Assembly: GCA_044226625.1 (NCBI GenBank)
Contig: JBGAGQ010000023.1
Coordinates: forward strand, 19,768 to 83,767
Length of the DNA stretch: 64,000 nucleotides
Reading direction: 5' to 3'
Origin: Thermoanaerobaculia bacterium
GTDB lineage: Bacteria > Acidobacteriota > Thermoanaerobaculia > Multivoradales > UBA5704
The notes beneath the pieces are model-generated. The model saw only the letters and a list, made by a program, of their open reading frames with translations. It did not search any database and was not told the DNA's origin. Shown in pieces: positions 49,134-57,608 of this stretch. Position numbers and translations under genes: made by a program. Position 1 is the stretch's first letter, and each line of letters starts with the position of its first letter.

Positions 49134-50299
49134 GCGCCGGCTCCGCAGAACGATTCGATCGTCCTCTCGACGATCGCGCGCGCCTTCGCGTACTCGTCCT
49201 TCGGCATCCATTCGTTCGGCTTGTGGGCAACCTCGATCGTCCCCGGTCCAAAGATCGCGCAGTCGAAGCCGGCGCGGGAGAGCCAGCCGGCGTCGGTAGC
49301 GAAGCCGACGCTCTCCATCTTGGCCTGACGAACGAGGTCGGCGAGGTGCCGGTAGATCGGAGCCTCCTCCGAGAGCGACATCGGCGGGCTGTCCGAGAGG
49401 ATCTCGGTCTCGACCGTCACTCCCGAAGGCAGCACGACCGAGGCGATCGCCGCTTCGACCCGCGGCGCGAGCACGTCGGATTCGAGCCCGGGCATCGTGC
49501 GCACGCCGATCTCGACGATCGCGCGGTCTGGAACGACGTTGATCGCCGAGCCGCCGCGGACCGTGCCCACGTTGACCGCCGGGTAGGGTACCTCGGGGAA
49601 GGAGGCCGCGCCCGGGGCGCCTTCTCTTTCGAGCGCCGCGCCAAGCTCGGCAATCGCCACGATCGCGTGGCCGGCGGGGACGATCGCGTTCGCGCCGAGA
49701 TGGGGATAACCCGAGTGCGCGCTCTTGCCGCGGAAGGTCGCGCGCATCTTGAGATGCCCCTTGTGAAGGCCGACCACGGCGAGCGACGTCGGCTCGCCGA
49801 CGATCATCGCGCGCGGCAGCGTATCGAGACCCCGGTAGTCCTCGGCGAGCCAGCGCGCGCCGAGCGTTCCGACCTCTTCGTCGAAGGTGAAGACGAGCGC
49901 GAGCGGTGCCGCGAGCCGCGCGGCGCGCCTCGACGCCTCGGCGAGGAGGTTCGTCGCGAGCGCCACGAATCCCTTCATGTCGCAGGCGCCGCGGCCGACC
50001 CAGCGGTCGCCGCGATCGGCGAGCGTGAACGGATCGTTTTCCCATCCCGGCTCGCCCGCGGGCACGACGTCGAGGTGGCCGGAAAGCGCGAGCCCCGCGC
50101 GATCCTCTCGCGTCGGGCCGACGCGGACGATCAGGTTCGCCTTCGTGCCATCGGCCGAGGGATGGCGCTCGATCACGACGCCCGGCCGGTCGAGGTAGTC
50201 CGCGAGGAAATCGGCGAGCGGCAGGTTCGAATTCGAGCTGACCGTGTCGAACGCGACGATTCGCGCGAGCAGCTCGGCGTCGGAAAGTGTCGTGGGCAT
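49130..50299 (-). CDS. argE: M20A ArgE-family deacylase
   Basis: SGHLDVVP, GRGACDMKG, DEEVG, GEPT, AHKPNE; stop overlaps the hutF start. Confidence 0.8.
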   Translation of the reverse strand: MPTTLSDAELLARIVAFDTVSSNSNLPLADFLADYLDRPGVVIERHPSADGTKANLIVRVGPTREDRAGLALSGHLDVVPAGEPGWENDPFTLADRGDRWVGRGACDMKGFVALATNLLAEASRRAARLAAPLALVFTFDEEVGTLGARWLAEDYRGLDTLPRAMIVGEPTSLAVVGLHKGHLKMRATFRGKSAHSGYPHLGANAIVPAGHAIVAIAELGAALEREGAPGAASFPEVPYPAVNVGTVRGGSAINVVPDRAIVEIGVRTMPGLESDVLAPRVEAAIASVVLPSGVTVETEILSDSPPMSLSEEAPIYRHLADLVRQAKMESVGFATDAGWLSRAGFDCAIFGPGTIEVAHKPNEWMPKDEYAKARAIVERTIESFCGAGA

Positions 50300-50359
50300 G
50301 GGAAGGTTCCGCGGGAATTCGAAGGGGAGCGAGAAGCCCGCCTGAACTAGAATCCTACG

Positions 50360-51841
50360 GTGGATCCACATTCCCGCGCGACCCTGATCGCGACGCTCAC
50401 CCATCCGCCGACTGACGCCGAGCTCGATCGGTTGGCCGTGGAAGCGGACGTGCTGGAGATGCGCGCGGATCTCCTCGGCGACCTGCCGGCGGAGCGGCTG
50501 CGCGCGCGGTTTCCGGGCCGGCTGCTCTACACGCTGCGTAGCCGCGCCGAGGGGGGAGCGGGCGATTCGGCGCCTGACAAGCGGCGTAAGCGGATCGCCG
50601 AGTCCTCGGCGGGCTACGATCTCGTCGACCTCGAATCGGAGCGCGATCTATCGTCCGGGTTGCTTTCGGCGATCGGCGAGGAGCGGCGCATCCTGTCATG
50701 GCATGGTGGACCCACGCCGCTTGCCGGCCTGGCGGCACGGCTCGAACGGATGCTCGGCGCCTCGGCGTTCCTTTATAAGCTGGTACCCGCCGCGCATCAG
50801 CCGGGCGAGGCGTTCGGGCCTCTTCAACTGCTGGCTCAGGTCGGCCGCGGCGACGTGGCGGCGTTCGCCTCCGGCCTTCCGGGTGCTTGGACGCGCCTCG
50901 TGGCTCCCCGCCTCGGAGCTCCCGTCGTCTACGGCGCCGCGGGCGAGACGCCCGCCGCTCCGGGCCAGCTCTCGATCGCGAGATTGCGGTCGGATTACGG
51001 CTTGCCCGACCTGCCGCCGGTGGCCGCGCTATTCGGCATCGTCGGTAACCCCGTCTTCCACTCGCTTTCGCCCCGTCTCCACAACGGCTGCTATCGCGCG
51101 CTCGGGCTCCCTGGCCTCTACCTGCCGTTCCACGTCGATTCTTTCGGCGACTTCTGGTTGGACGTGGTCGAAGCCGGGGCGTTCGAAGAGCTGGGTTTGC
51201 CGCTCCGCGGTCTCTCCGTCACCGCGCCGCACAAGGAGGCCGCGCTCGCGGTCGCGGGAGCGGCGAGCCCGCTGGCCGAGAGGATCGGCGCCGCGAACAC
51301 TCTGATTCTCGACGACGGCGTCTGGGAGGCGGAATCGACCGACCCCGAAGGGGTGGTCCTGCCGATCCGCGCTCGCGGCGTCGAGGTGGTGGGCATGCGC
51401 GCGGCGGTCGTGGGAGCGGGTGGAGCCGGACGCTCCGCGGCCGTCGGACTCGCCGCGGCTGGCGCCCGCGTGACCCTGGTCAACCGGAACGAGGCGAAAG
51501 GTAGGTTCGTGGCGAATGAGCTTCGTCTCGCCTTTTCGCTCCTCGACGGTTTCGATCCGTCGGGCTTCGATCTGCTGGTCCAGGCCACCTCGCTCGGCAG
51601 GAAGCCGGAAGATCCATTGCCGTTCGCGGTCGATCGGATCCGCCCGGGCACCGTCGTCGTGGATCTCGTCTACCTCGCCGAAAGCCTGGATCCGACGGCC
51701 CTGCTCGCGGCCGCGATCGGCCGGGGCGCCGTGGCGATCGACGGGCGCGAGGTGCTTCTCTCCCAGGCGCTCGGCCAATTCCGGGGGATGACGGGGCGGG
51801 AGATGCCGATCGACCTCGCGCGCACGCTGATCGAGGGCTGA
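50360..51841 (+). CDS. aroDE: Bifunctional type I 3-dehydroquinase / shikimate dehydrogenase
   Basis: EMRAD, RSRAEGG, APGQ, followed by HSLSP, SVTAPHKE, AANT, GAGGAG. Confidence 0.9.
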   Translation: MDPHSRATLIATLTHPPTDAELDRLAVEADVLEMRADLLGDLPAERLRARFPGRLLYTLRSRAEGGAGDSAPDKRRKRIAESSAGYDLVDLESERDLSSGLLSAIGEERRILSWHGGPTPLAGLAARLERMLGASAFLYKLVPAAHQPGEAFGPLQLLAQVGRGDVAAFASGLPGAWTRLVAPRLGAPVVYGAAGETPAAPGQLSIARLRSDYGLPDLPPVAALFGIVGNPVFHSLSPRLHNGCYRALGLPGLYLPFHVDSFGDFWLDVVEAGAFEELGLPLRGLSVTAPHKEAALAVAGAASPLAERIGAANTLILDDGVWEAESTDPEGVVLPIRARGVEVVGMRAAVVGAGGAGRSAAVGLAAAGARVTLVNRNEAKGRFVANELRLAFSLLDGFDPSGFDLLVQATSLGRKPEDPLPFAVDRIRPGTVVVDLVYLAESLDPTALLAAAIGRGAVAIDGREVLLSQALGQFRGMTGREMPIDLARTLIEG

Positions 51842-51856
51842 TCGAGCGCGAAGAGG

Positions 51857-51885
51857 CCTCCGGCCCGAGCGGTTCGGACCGGAGG
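51857..51885. terminator. Hairpin between convergent genes
   Basis: CCTCCGGCCCGA...TCGGACCGGAGG. Confidence 0.45.
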
Positions 51886-51902
51886 TTGCTGCCGTCGAGA
51901 CG

Positions 51903-52766
51903 TCAGTTGGCGCTGTAGCTGGAGTAGCGAGGAATCGGGACGACGAGGTTGTCGTCGTTCGGTTCGCCCGGGTAGAACGTGAAGCTCCAACTGTCGACGT
52001 CGAGCCCCGAAACCGGGAAGAGCAGGCGGACGCTCGAGGCGTTCGGGTAGTCGACGGGGATACCCTGCGACTGCGCCCAGGCGCCGATCGCGGTGGTGAC
52101 CTGAGTCGGCGTGTCGGTGCCGGGGAAGGTGGTGTCGAGGTCGATGTCGGTCGTCGTGCCGTCGGCGTTCAACACCTGGATCTGCACCTCGACGCCATAG
52201 AAGGCGACGTCGCTCGGGTTGACCATGATCACGGCCGAGCCGAGGCTTGCGACGCGCGCCTCGTCGAGGCCGGATTCGCGCGCGAGATTCGCGGTGAGCT
52301 GATTGTTGATCCGGGTCTTTCCGTTGTAGACCTTCAGGTGCCCGTGCCGCTTCTTGCCTTCCTTCTTGGTGATCACGTTCTTGATCGTGACGCCGTTGGC
52401 AAGCACGAGGTCTTCGGCCTTTAGCTCACCGGACTCCCCCTGGTACTTCTTGTTCTTCGTCTCCTCGGTCGTGGCGGTACCGGGGGCGAGGCCGTTGATC
52501 GCCGTCTTCATCCGAGCGGCGGCCGAGCGCGACCCGGTGCCGTCGGGAACCGAGACCTTGACCGGTCCCTTGGTGTTGAGCTTCTTGCCGTTGGCGTCGC
52601 AGACGTCGAATTCGATCGTCCAGTCCTGGTCGACGACGCCTTGGGCGCCGCACTCGACCGCGACGGTGATGCGCGTTTGCTGAGCCTGAGCTTGCGCCCG
52701 AGCGGCACCGAACCCGATCAGGAGGGCGCAGACGAGAAGGGCGTGGAGTTTCGTGTGCTTGAACAT
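51903..52766 (-). CDS. Hypothetical secreted protein
   Basis: RBS GAGGGGGAGAG; signal peptide MFKHTKLHALLVCALLIGFGAARAQA; strong GC3 codon bias. Confidence 0.75.
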   Translation of the reverse strand: MFKHTKLHALLVCALLIGFGAARAQAQAQQTRITVAVECGAQGVVDQDWTIEFDVCDANGKKLNTKGPVKVSVPDGTGSRSAAARMKTAINGLAPGTATTEETKNKKYQGESGELKAEDLVLANGVTIKNVITKKEGKKRHGHLKVYNGKTRINNQLTANLARESGLDEARVASLGSAVIMVNPSDVAFYGVEVQIQVLNADGTTTDIDLDTTFPGTDTPTQVTTAIGAWAQSQGIPVDYPNASSVRLLFPVSGLDVDSWSFTFYPGEPNDDNLVVPIPRYSSYSAN

Positions 52767-52783
52767 GGCGGCTCTCTCCCCCC

Positions 52784-53278
52784 TCACTTCTTCACCGGAT
52801 GGGTTTCTTTGACGACCTTCATGTCCACTTTCGGCTTGCCCGCTTCATCGGGCGGGTACTTCTTCGGCATTCCTTCCTTGTCCGGGTCGGCGCCGGCATC
52901 GGTCGGCTGGATGGTGATGCCGTTGTCGGTCTTCTCGTAGGTGAACTGGTAGCCCATCTTGATGCAGGCGTCGAGCATCATCGCGAGGTCGCAAGCGTGT
53001 TGAACGGCGCTCCGGCCCTTCTTGATTTTGAGCTCGATCGGCTTCTTGACGAACTTGCCGGTCTTGTCTTTGACATAGATGTCGAAGCTGGCCGTCCCTT
53101 CGTTGCCCGTGTAAGGAGCGTTCAGCTGGTTGCCCGGCCAGGTGACGTCGATCTGGGTCCAGCCGGGAGTCTGCGCCGCCGCGGGGTGCGGGGCGAGCAC
53201 GAGGCCGAGAAAGAGAAATCCGACCAGACAGGGGATGACCGGGATGCGTACGCCGCTCCGAGTCGCAGAGGAAATCAT
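52784..53278 (-). CDS. Hypothetical secreted protein, Lys-rich
   Basis: GGAGGAGG RBS; signal peptide ending PAAA-Q. Confidence 0.72.
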   Translation of the reverse strand: MISSATRSGVRIPVIPCLVGFLFLGLVLAPHPAAAQTPGWTQIDVTWPGNQLNAPYTGNEGTASFDIYVKDKTGKFVKKPIELKIKKGRSAVQHACDLAMMLDACIKMGYQFTYEKTDNGITIQPTDAGADPDKEGMPKKYPPDEAGKPKVDMKVVKETHPVKK

Positions 53279-53479
53279 GAGCACCTCCTCCAGAAAAACC
53301 GGGGCCGTAAATTCGGCCGCCACATCTGCTTGTGTGCAATCTGAGGCGAGAAGCGACATGGAGACCTCGGCGTCGCGGTGGGCTCCCGCCCCATCGTGCC
53401 GGATCCGGTGACGCCAGAGAATTCCGCGCGATGCGAGAAATCGAAATCTCAGCGCCGAGAACGCTTCGGGAGCTTCCCG

Positions 53480-53687
53480 CGCGATTCCTGATCCAGGAGA
53501 ATGAATCCTGAGCCGGGGGAATCATTTTTTAACTCCCAGAATCGTTTTTTATCTCCGGGAATCGTTTTTTAAGTCCAGGAATCGTTTTTCGACCTTGAAA
53601 ATCGATTCTCCAGCTTAAAAAACAATTCCTGACCTTAAAAATTGATTCCTGGAGCTGAGAATTCATTCCGCCGGATGAAAATTCAAA
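53480..53687. repeat. AT-rich tandem array with 20-bp period, left part
   Basis: Units start at 53519, 53539, 53559 and 53579 (GAATCGTTTTTTAAGTCCAG type), then continue in the opposite orientation from 53599. Confidence 0.85.
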
Positions 53688-53765
53688 GTACCTCCTCGCC
53701 CTTCCCCGTCTTGTCGCCCGAGCCGGCGGGGGTGAGTCTTGGCACCTACCAACAGGAGGTGTCGA

Positions 53766-54119
53766 GTGAGCGAGGCAATCAGTGAGCTGCGCGCGCAGAT
53801 TATCGAGACCCGAGGGCTCCCCCCGAGAACCCGATTTTCGTTCGAGCTGAGGAATCGACTGCTCGGCGTGGTAGCCGAGGAACAGCGCCAGGGCCGAGAG
53901 ATCGAGGAGATCGCGGAGGATCTCGGGCTGAGGCCGAAAACCGTGAAGAGCTGGCTTCGGTCGGGCAGGGACTCTGTGCGCTCGGTGATACGCCCTGTGG
54001 TCGTCGAACCGGAGGAGGCGCGAAACCTTACGGCGCCCCTGGTGGTATCGATGGGCAACCTGCGGATCGAGGGTCTCGACCTGGAGGGTGTGGTGCATCT
54101 CCTGAGGGCGCTCGCGTGA
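53766..54119 (+). CDS. tnpA: IS66 TnpA accessory HTH protein
   Basis: AGGAGG RBS before GTG; HTH IAEDLGLRPKTVKSW. Confidence 0.8.
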   Translation: MSEAISELRAQIIETRGLPPRTRFSFELRNRLLGVVAEEQRQGREIEEIAEDLGLRPKTVKSWLRSGRDSVRSVIRPVVVEPEEARNLTAPLVVSMGNLRIEGLDLEGVVHLLRALA

Positions 54120-54508
54120 TCGGTTCAACGCGGCAGATCGCGGTCTACGCCTACGGTGCGCCGACCGACCTGCGCAAGGGCTTCGACGGGCTGAGCGCCC
54201 TGGTGAGCCAAGGTCTCGGTCGAGATCCGCTGTCGGGAGATCTCTTCGTCTTCGTCAACCGCTGCCGGCATCGAGCCAAGGTGCTGCTGTGGGATGGGAC
54301 CGGGCTCTGCATCTATGCCAAACGCCTGGAGCGAGGTCGTTTTGCCTGTCTGTGGCGGGAAGGCAAAAGCGCATCGTTGCGGCTCACGGTGAGCGAGCTG
54401 GCTCTGTTTCTCGAGGGATCGACTCTGGTCGGCAAGGTGTCGCTGTCGCCGGCTCCTTTCGTCCTCGAATCTTTCCAAGAAAACCTTGCAAACGGGACTC
54501 AAGTTTGA
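54116..54508 (+). CDS. tnpB: IS66 TnpB accessory protein
   Basis: TDLRKGFDGL, KVLLWDGTG, KRLERGRF. Confidence 0.95.
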   Translation: MIGSTRQIAVYAYGAPTDLRKGFDGLSALVSQGLGRDPLSGDLFVFVNRCRHRAKVLLWDGTGLCIYAKRLERGRFACLWREGKSASLRLTVSELALFLEGSTLVGKVSLSPAPFVLESFQENLANGTQV

Positions 54509-54520
54509 TCTATTTCTCTC

Positions 54521-56023
54521 GTGCTCCCCATCGAGCAAATCGAGGATCGCAACCACCTGCGACAACTCGCCTCACTGCTTGAGAAAGAGAACCAGAAGCT
54601 CCATGACAAGGTCCGCGCGCTCGCCGCGGAGAATGCCCAACTCAAGGGCCGAGACCCTTCCGGCTCGCAGCTCGAAATGACCTATCTGCGCGAGCTGCTC
54701 GCCTCGCGCGAGCGCTCCCTGTTTGGCGATTCCTCCGAGCGCCGGCCCCGCGAGAAGAACGAAGCGAAACATCCCGGCAAGCCAAAGGCCAAGCCACGGG
54801 GCCACGGCCCGCGAGTCCAAGGTCAGCTTTCGGTCGTCGAGTGCGAGCACGAGCTGGCCTCTTCGGATCGGTGCTGCACGCAGTGTGGCCGCGAGCTCGC
54901 CGAGATGTCTGGCCAGACCGAAGATTCCGAAGAGATCACGGTGATCGAACGACGTTTCGTGCTGGTCAAGCACCGGCGCAAGAAGTACCGCTGCGCCTGC
55001 AACGGTCAGGTGGCGACAGCTCCGGTGCCGCTCAAGCTGGCGGTAAGCTCCGAGGCGCGAGGCCGCCGCTATTCGATCGAGTTTGCCGTCGAAGTCGCGG
55101 TAGCCAAGTATCTCGATCACTTGCCGCTGGAACGGCAGGTCCGGATGATGGGACGCGACGGTCTGGCGATCGATTCCCAGACGCTCTGGGATCAAATCGA
55201 GGCGCTGGCCCGGGTGCTGGCCCCGGCGGAGGAGGCTCTGCGCCAGCGGGTGCTGTCGTCCCCGGTGATCGGTGCCGATGAGACCTGGTGGCGGCTGATG
55301 GCGGGCAAGAGATCCCAGGACTCGAAACGATGGTGGGCCTGGGTCCTGACGGTGGACGACGCCGTGTCCTATCGGATTCTTCCCAGCCGTTCGCACGACG
55401 CCGCCCGCAAGGTGCTCGGCGACTATCGAGGCCAGGTGATGGCCGATGGTTACGGCGCCTACCAAGCGCTGGCCAAAGAGAATCCCACCTTCGTCTTGGC
55501 CCACTGCTGGGCTCACGTGCGGCGAAAATACCTGGAAGCCGAGCCTCACTTTCCTAACCCTTGTCGAGAGATCCTGGACCGGATCGGGCAACTCTACGGT
55601 GTCGAGAGGGAAGAAGTGGCCTCGCTGGAAGAGCGCGCCGCCTTACGGCAGGAGAGATCACGGCCGATCGTCGAGCAAATCCGGGCGTTGGCCCTGTCGC
55701 AACGAGCGCTGCCGCAGAGCTCGTTGGGCAAGGCGAACGCTTACATGATGGGAATGTGGCCGGGTCTCGTACGGTTTCTCGAGCACCCACTGCTGCCACT
55801 CGACAACAACGCCACCGAGCGTGCCCTACGGGGAACCGTCCTCGGCCGCAACAATCACTACGGGTCGCGCTCGCAACGCGGCACCGAGGTCGCGGCGCTC
55901 TTCTACAGCTTGCTAGAGACGACCAAGCTCGTCGGCGTGGACCCGAAGCAATACCTGCTGGAGGCCACCCGTGCGGCGCTTCGCGATCAGACGCCGCTTC
56001 TGCCTCATCAACTCCTTAGCTGA
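54521..56023 (+). CDS. tnpC: IS66 DDE transposase
   Basis: Leucine zipper, zinc finger, ADET, DGY, CWAHVRRK, DNNATERALR. Confidence 0.96.
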   Translation: MLPIEQIEDRNHLRQLASLLEKENQKLHDKVRALAAENAQLKGRDPSGSQLEMTYLRELLASRERSLFGDSSERRPREKNEAKHPGKPKAKPRGHGPRVQGQLSVVECEHELASSDRCCTQCGRELAEMSGQTEDSEEITVIERRFVLVKHRRKKYRCACNGQVATAPVPLKLAVSSEARGRRYSIEFAVEVAVAKYLDHLPLERQVRMMGRDGLAIDSQTLWDQIEALARVLAPAEEALRQRVLSSPVIGADETWWRLMAGKRSQDSKRWWAWVLTVDDAVSYRILPSRSHDAARKVLGDYRGQVMADGYGAYQALAKENPTFVLAHCWAHVRRKYLEAEPHFPNPCREILDRIGQLYGVEREEVASLEERAALRQERSRPIVEQIRALALSQRALPQSSLGKANAYMMGMWPGLVRFLEHPLLPLDNNATERALRGTVLGRNNHYGSRSQRGTEVAALFYSLLETTKLVGVDPKQYLLEATRAALRDQTPLLPHQLLS

Positions 56024-56100
56024 CCGCCCATCAAACCCCGCTGAGTGCGCACTTTGCCCTGCGGCCAAATGCTGCAAGACGGGGCAGGGCGAGGACGTAC

Positions 56101-56190
56101 AATTCAAAAATCAGTCCCGAAAAACGATTCCTGGACTTAAAAAACGATTCTCGGAGTTAAAATTTCGTTCTCCAGGTTAAAAAACGATTC
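56101..56190. repeat. AT-rich tandem array with 20-bp period, right part
   Basis: AAAACGATTCCTGGACTTAA, AAAACGATTCTCGGAGTTAA, AATTTCGTTCTCCAGGTTAA, AAAACGATTC. Confidence 0.85.
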
Positions 56191-56320
56191 TGCTTCTTCG
56201 CGCACGTGCGCCTGTGGAGCGACTCGCCGCCGAGGTTTCCTGGGATGGGCGGCACCTGAGGAGGGGACGCGCTCGACCCGCCCCTTGGCCTGCGGCGAGT
56301 GGGCCACCACGCCGGACCGC

Positions 56321-56350
56321 TTGACAAGGCGCTGTGCGCCGGAAGATGCT
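56321..56350 (+). promoter_or_regulatory. Candidate sigma70 promoter of the his operon
   Basis: TTGACA at 56321; weak -10 GATGCT at 56345. Confidence 0.5.
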
Positions 56351-56371
56351 TCGCCTGTCACGGACCGATCG

Positions 56372-56488
56372 ATGACGACCACCGACCTCACTCCGAACCG
56401 CGCCCCTCTCGCGAATCTTTCGATCGCGGGCGGACGCGTCGCGTCTTCGGCCTGGGCTTGGCGTCGCCATCATCACCCCTCGATCTAG
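56372..56488 (+). CDS. hisL: his operon leader peptide (38 aa)
   Basis: MTTTDLTPNRAPLANLSIAGGRVASSAWAWRRHHHPSI*; tandem CAT CAT CAC just upstream of the attenuator stems. Confidence 0.7.
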   Translation: MTTTDLTPNRAPLANLSIAGGRVASSAWAWRRHHHPSI

Positions 56489-56548
56489 GCCGGGACGTTC
56501 GTCCTCGGCCGAAAGGCCCGGGACGAGAACGCGAACCGCATTTCGACG

Positions 56549-56582
56549 ACTCCTTCCGGTGCCCGGAAGGAGTTTTCGTTTT
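56549..56582 (+). terminator. Attenuator terminator upstream of hisZ
   Basis: ACTCCTTCCGG-TGC-CCGGAAGGAGT followed by TTTCGTTTT. Confidence 0.82.
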
Positions 56583-56612
56583 GGGCATTTCACGCATCGA
56601 GAAGGAGCCGTC

Positions 56613-57608
56613 GTGAGGATCTCGACCGGGTTGCCGATCGGGGTGACGGCCCTCTTGTTCGACGCCGCCGCGCGCCGGAAGAGCCTTGAGGATCGGCTGG
56701 TCAGCCGCCTCTCGGAGAACGGCTATGCCGAGGTGGTGCTGCCGATCCTCGACTACGCCGAGCCGTACGAGGCGCTCCTGTCTCCCGCGAGCCGCGGCGA
56801 GCTCTATCGCTTCGTCGATCGCGACGGAGAGGTGCTCGCGCTCCGCTCGGACTTCACGCCCTTGCTCGCGAGGCTCATCGCGCCGCGCATCGCCGGTCTC
56901 GCCCTGCCCCTCCGTCTCTTCTACCGCGGCGACGTCGTCCGGTGGGCCGAGGAGCGGGCCGGACGGCTGCGCGAGAGCTATCAGGTGGGTGCGGAGTTGC
57001 TGGGCGCCGACGGTGAAGAGGCCGAGGCGGAGGCGCTCCGGCTGTTCCTCGATCTCCTCTCTTCCTCGGGCGTCTCACGCCCGACGGTGATCGTCGGTCT
57101 CGCGGGCGCGCTTGACGAGTTGATGCTCGATGCGGCCGGGCCGTCGGGCGCGGGCGGACTGGCCGCCGCGGTGGCACGTCGCGAGCGCTCGGCGGTCCGT
57201 CGCCTGGGCGGGCCTCGCGCTCTGCTCGAAGTGGTCGAGCAAGGCATGCCGGACGATCCCTTGGCGCTCGGCGCGACCGCGCCGCGCCTCGAGCGAGCCA
57301 AGGTGCTCGTCGCCTCGCTCTCCGCGCGCCATCCGGAGATCTCGATCGGGATCGACCTGGCCGAGTTCGCGCGCCACGGAGTCGATCCGCGGCTCGACGG
57401 CTCCGCTTCGCCCGAGCGGTCGTATTACGACGGCATGGTGTTTCGCGCCTACGCCGGCACCGGGGGTCTCGAAGTCGGCGGCGGCGGGCGCTACAACCGG
57501 CTGTTCGATCAGCTCGAGGTGAAGCTTCCCGCGGTGGGTTTCACCCTGGGTCTCGACGGATTGACCTCGGTCGGGGCCGGCGGCGGATTCTCGGAGGGCT
57601 CGCGATGA
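56613..57608 (+). CDS. hisZ: ATP phosphoribosyltransferase regulatory subunit
   Basis: GAAGGAG before GTG; LALRSDFT, YQVGAEL, YYDGMVF, GGGRY. Confidence 0.92.
   Translation: MRISTGLPIGVTALLFDAAARRKSLEDRLVSRLSENGYAEVVLPILDYAEPYEALLSPASRGELYRFVDRDGEVLALRSDFTPLLARLIAPRIAGLALPLRLFYRGDVVRWAEERAGRLRESYQVGAELLGADGEEAEAEALRLFLDLLSSSGVSRPTVIVGLAGALDELMLDAAGPSGAGGLAAAVARRERSAVRRLGGPRALLEVVEQGMPDDPLALGATAPRLERAKVLVASLSARHPEISIGIDLAEFARHGVDPRLDGSASPERSYYDGMVFRAYAGTGGLEVGGGGRYNRLFDQLEVKLPAVGFTLGLDGLTSVGAGGGFSEGSR

Larger units (their letters stand above)
53688..56100 (+). mobile_element. Complete IS66-family element, 2413 bp
   Basis: Left TIR GTACCTCCTCGCCCTTCCCCGTCTTG matches the right end at 24/26; 8-bp TSD AATTCAAA at 53680-53687 and 56101-56108; contains tnpA, tnpB, tnpC. 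Confidence 0.96.

Noticed and set aside
50360-51841. aroD-aroE fusion as a novelty
   Set aside because: This fusion is already known from plants and several bacterial phyla.
53529-54128. ORFs 53529..54128(-) and 55971..56180(+) that share RKTIPGLKKRF
   Set aside because: The shared peptide is just the translated 33-bp inverted repeat; both ORFs cross IS ends.
54116-54508. RNA-guided TnpB nuclease
   Set aside because: This is the unrelated 130-aa IS66 accessory TnpB, with no RuvC motifs.
53480-56190. CRISPR array
   Set aside because: Units are contiguous 20-mers without unique spacers, the orientation flips, and no cas genes are present.
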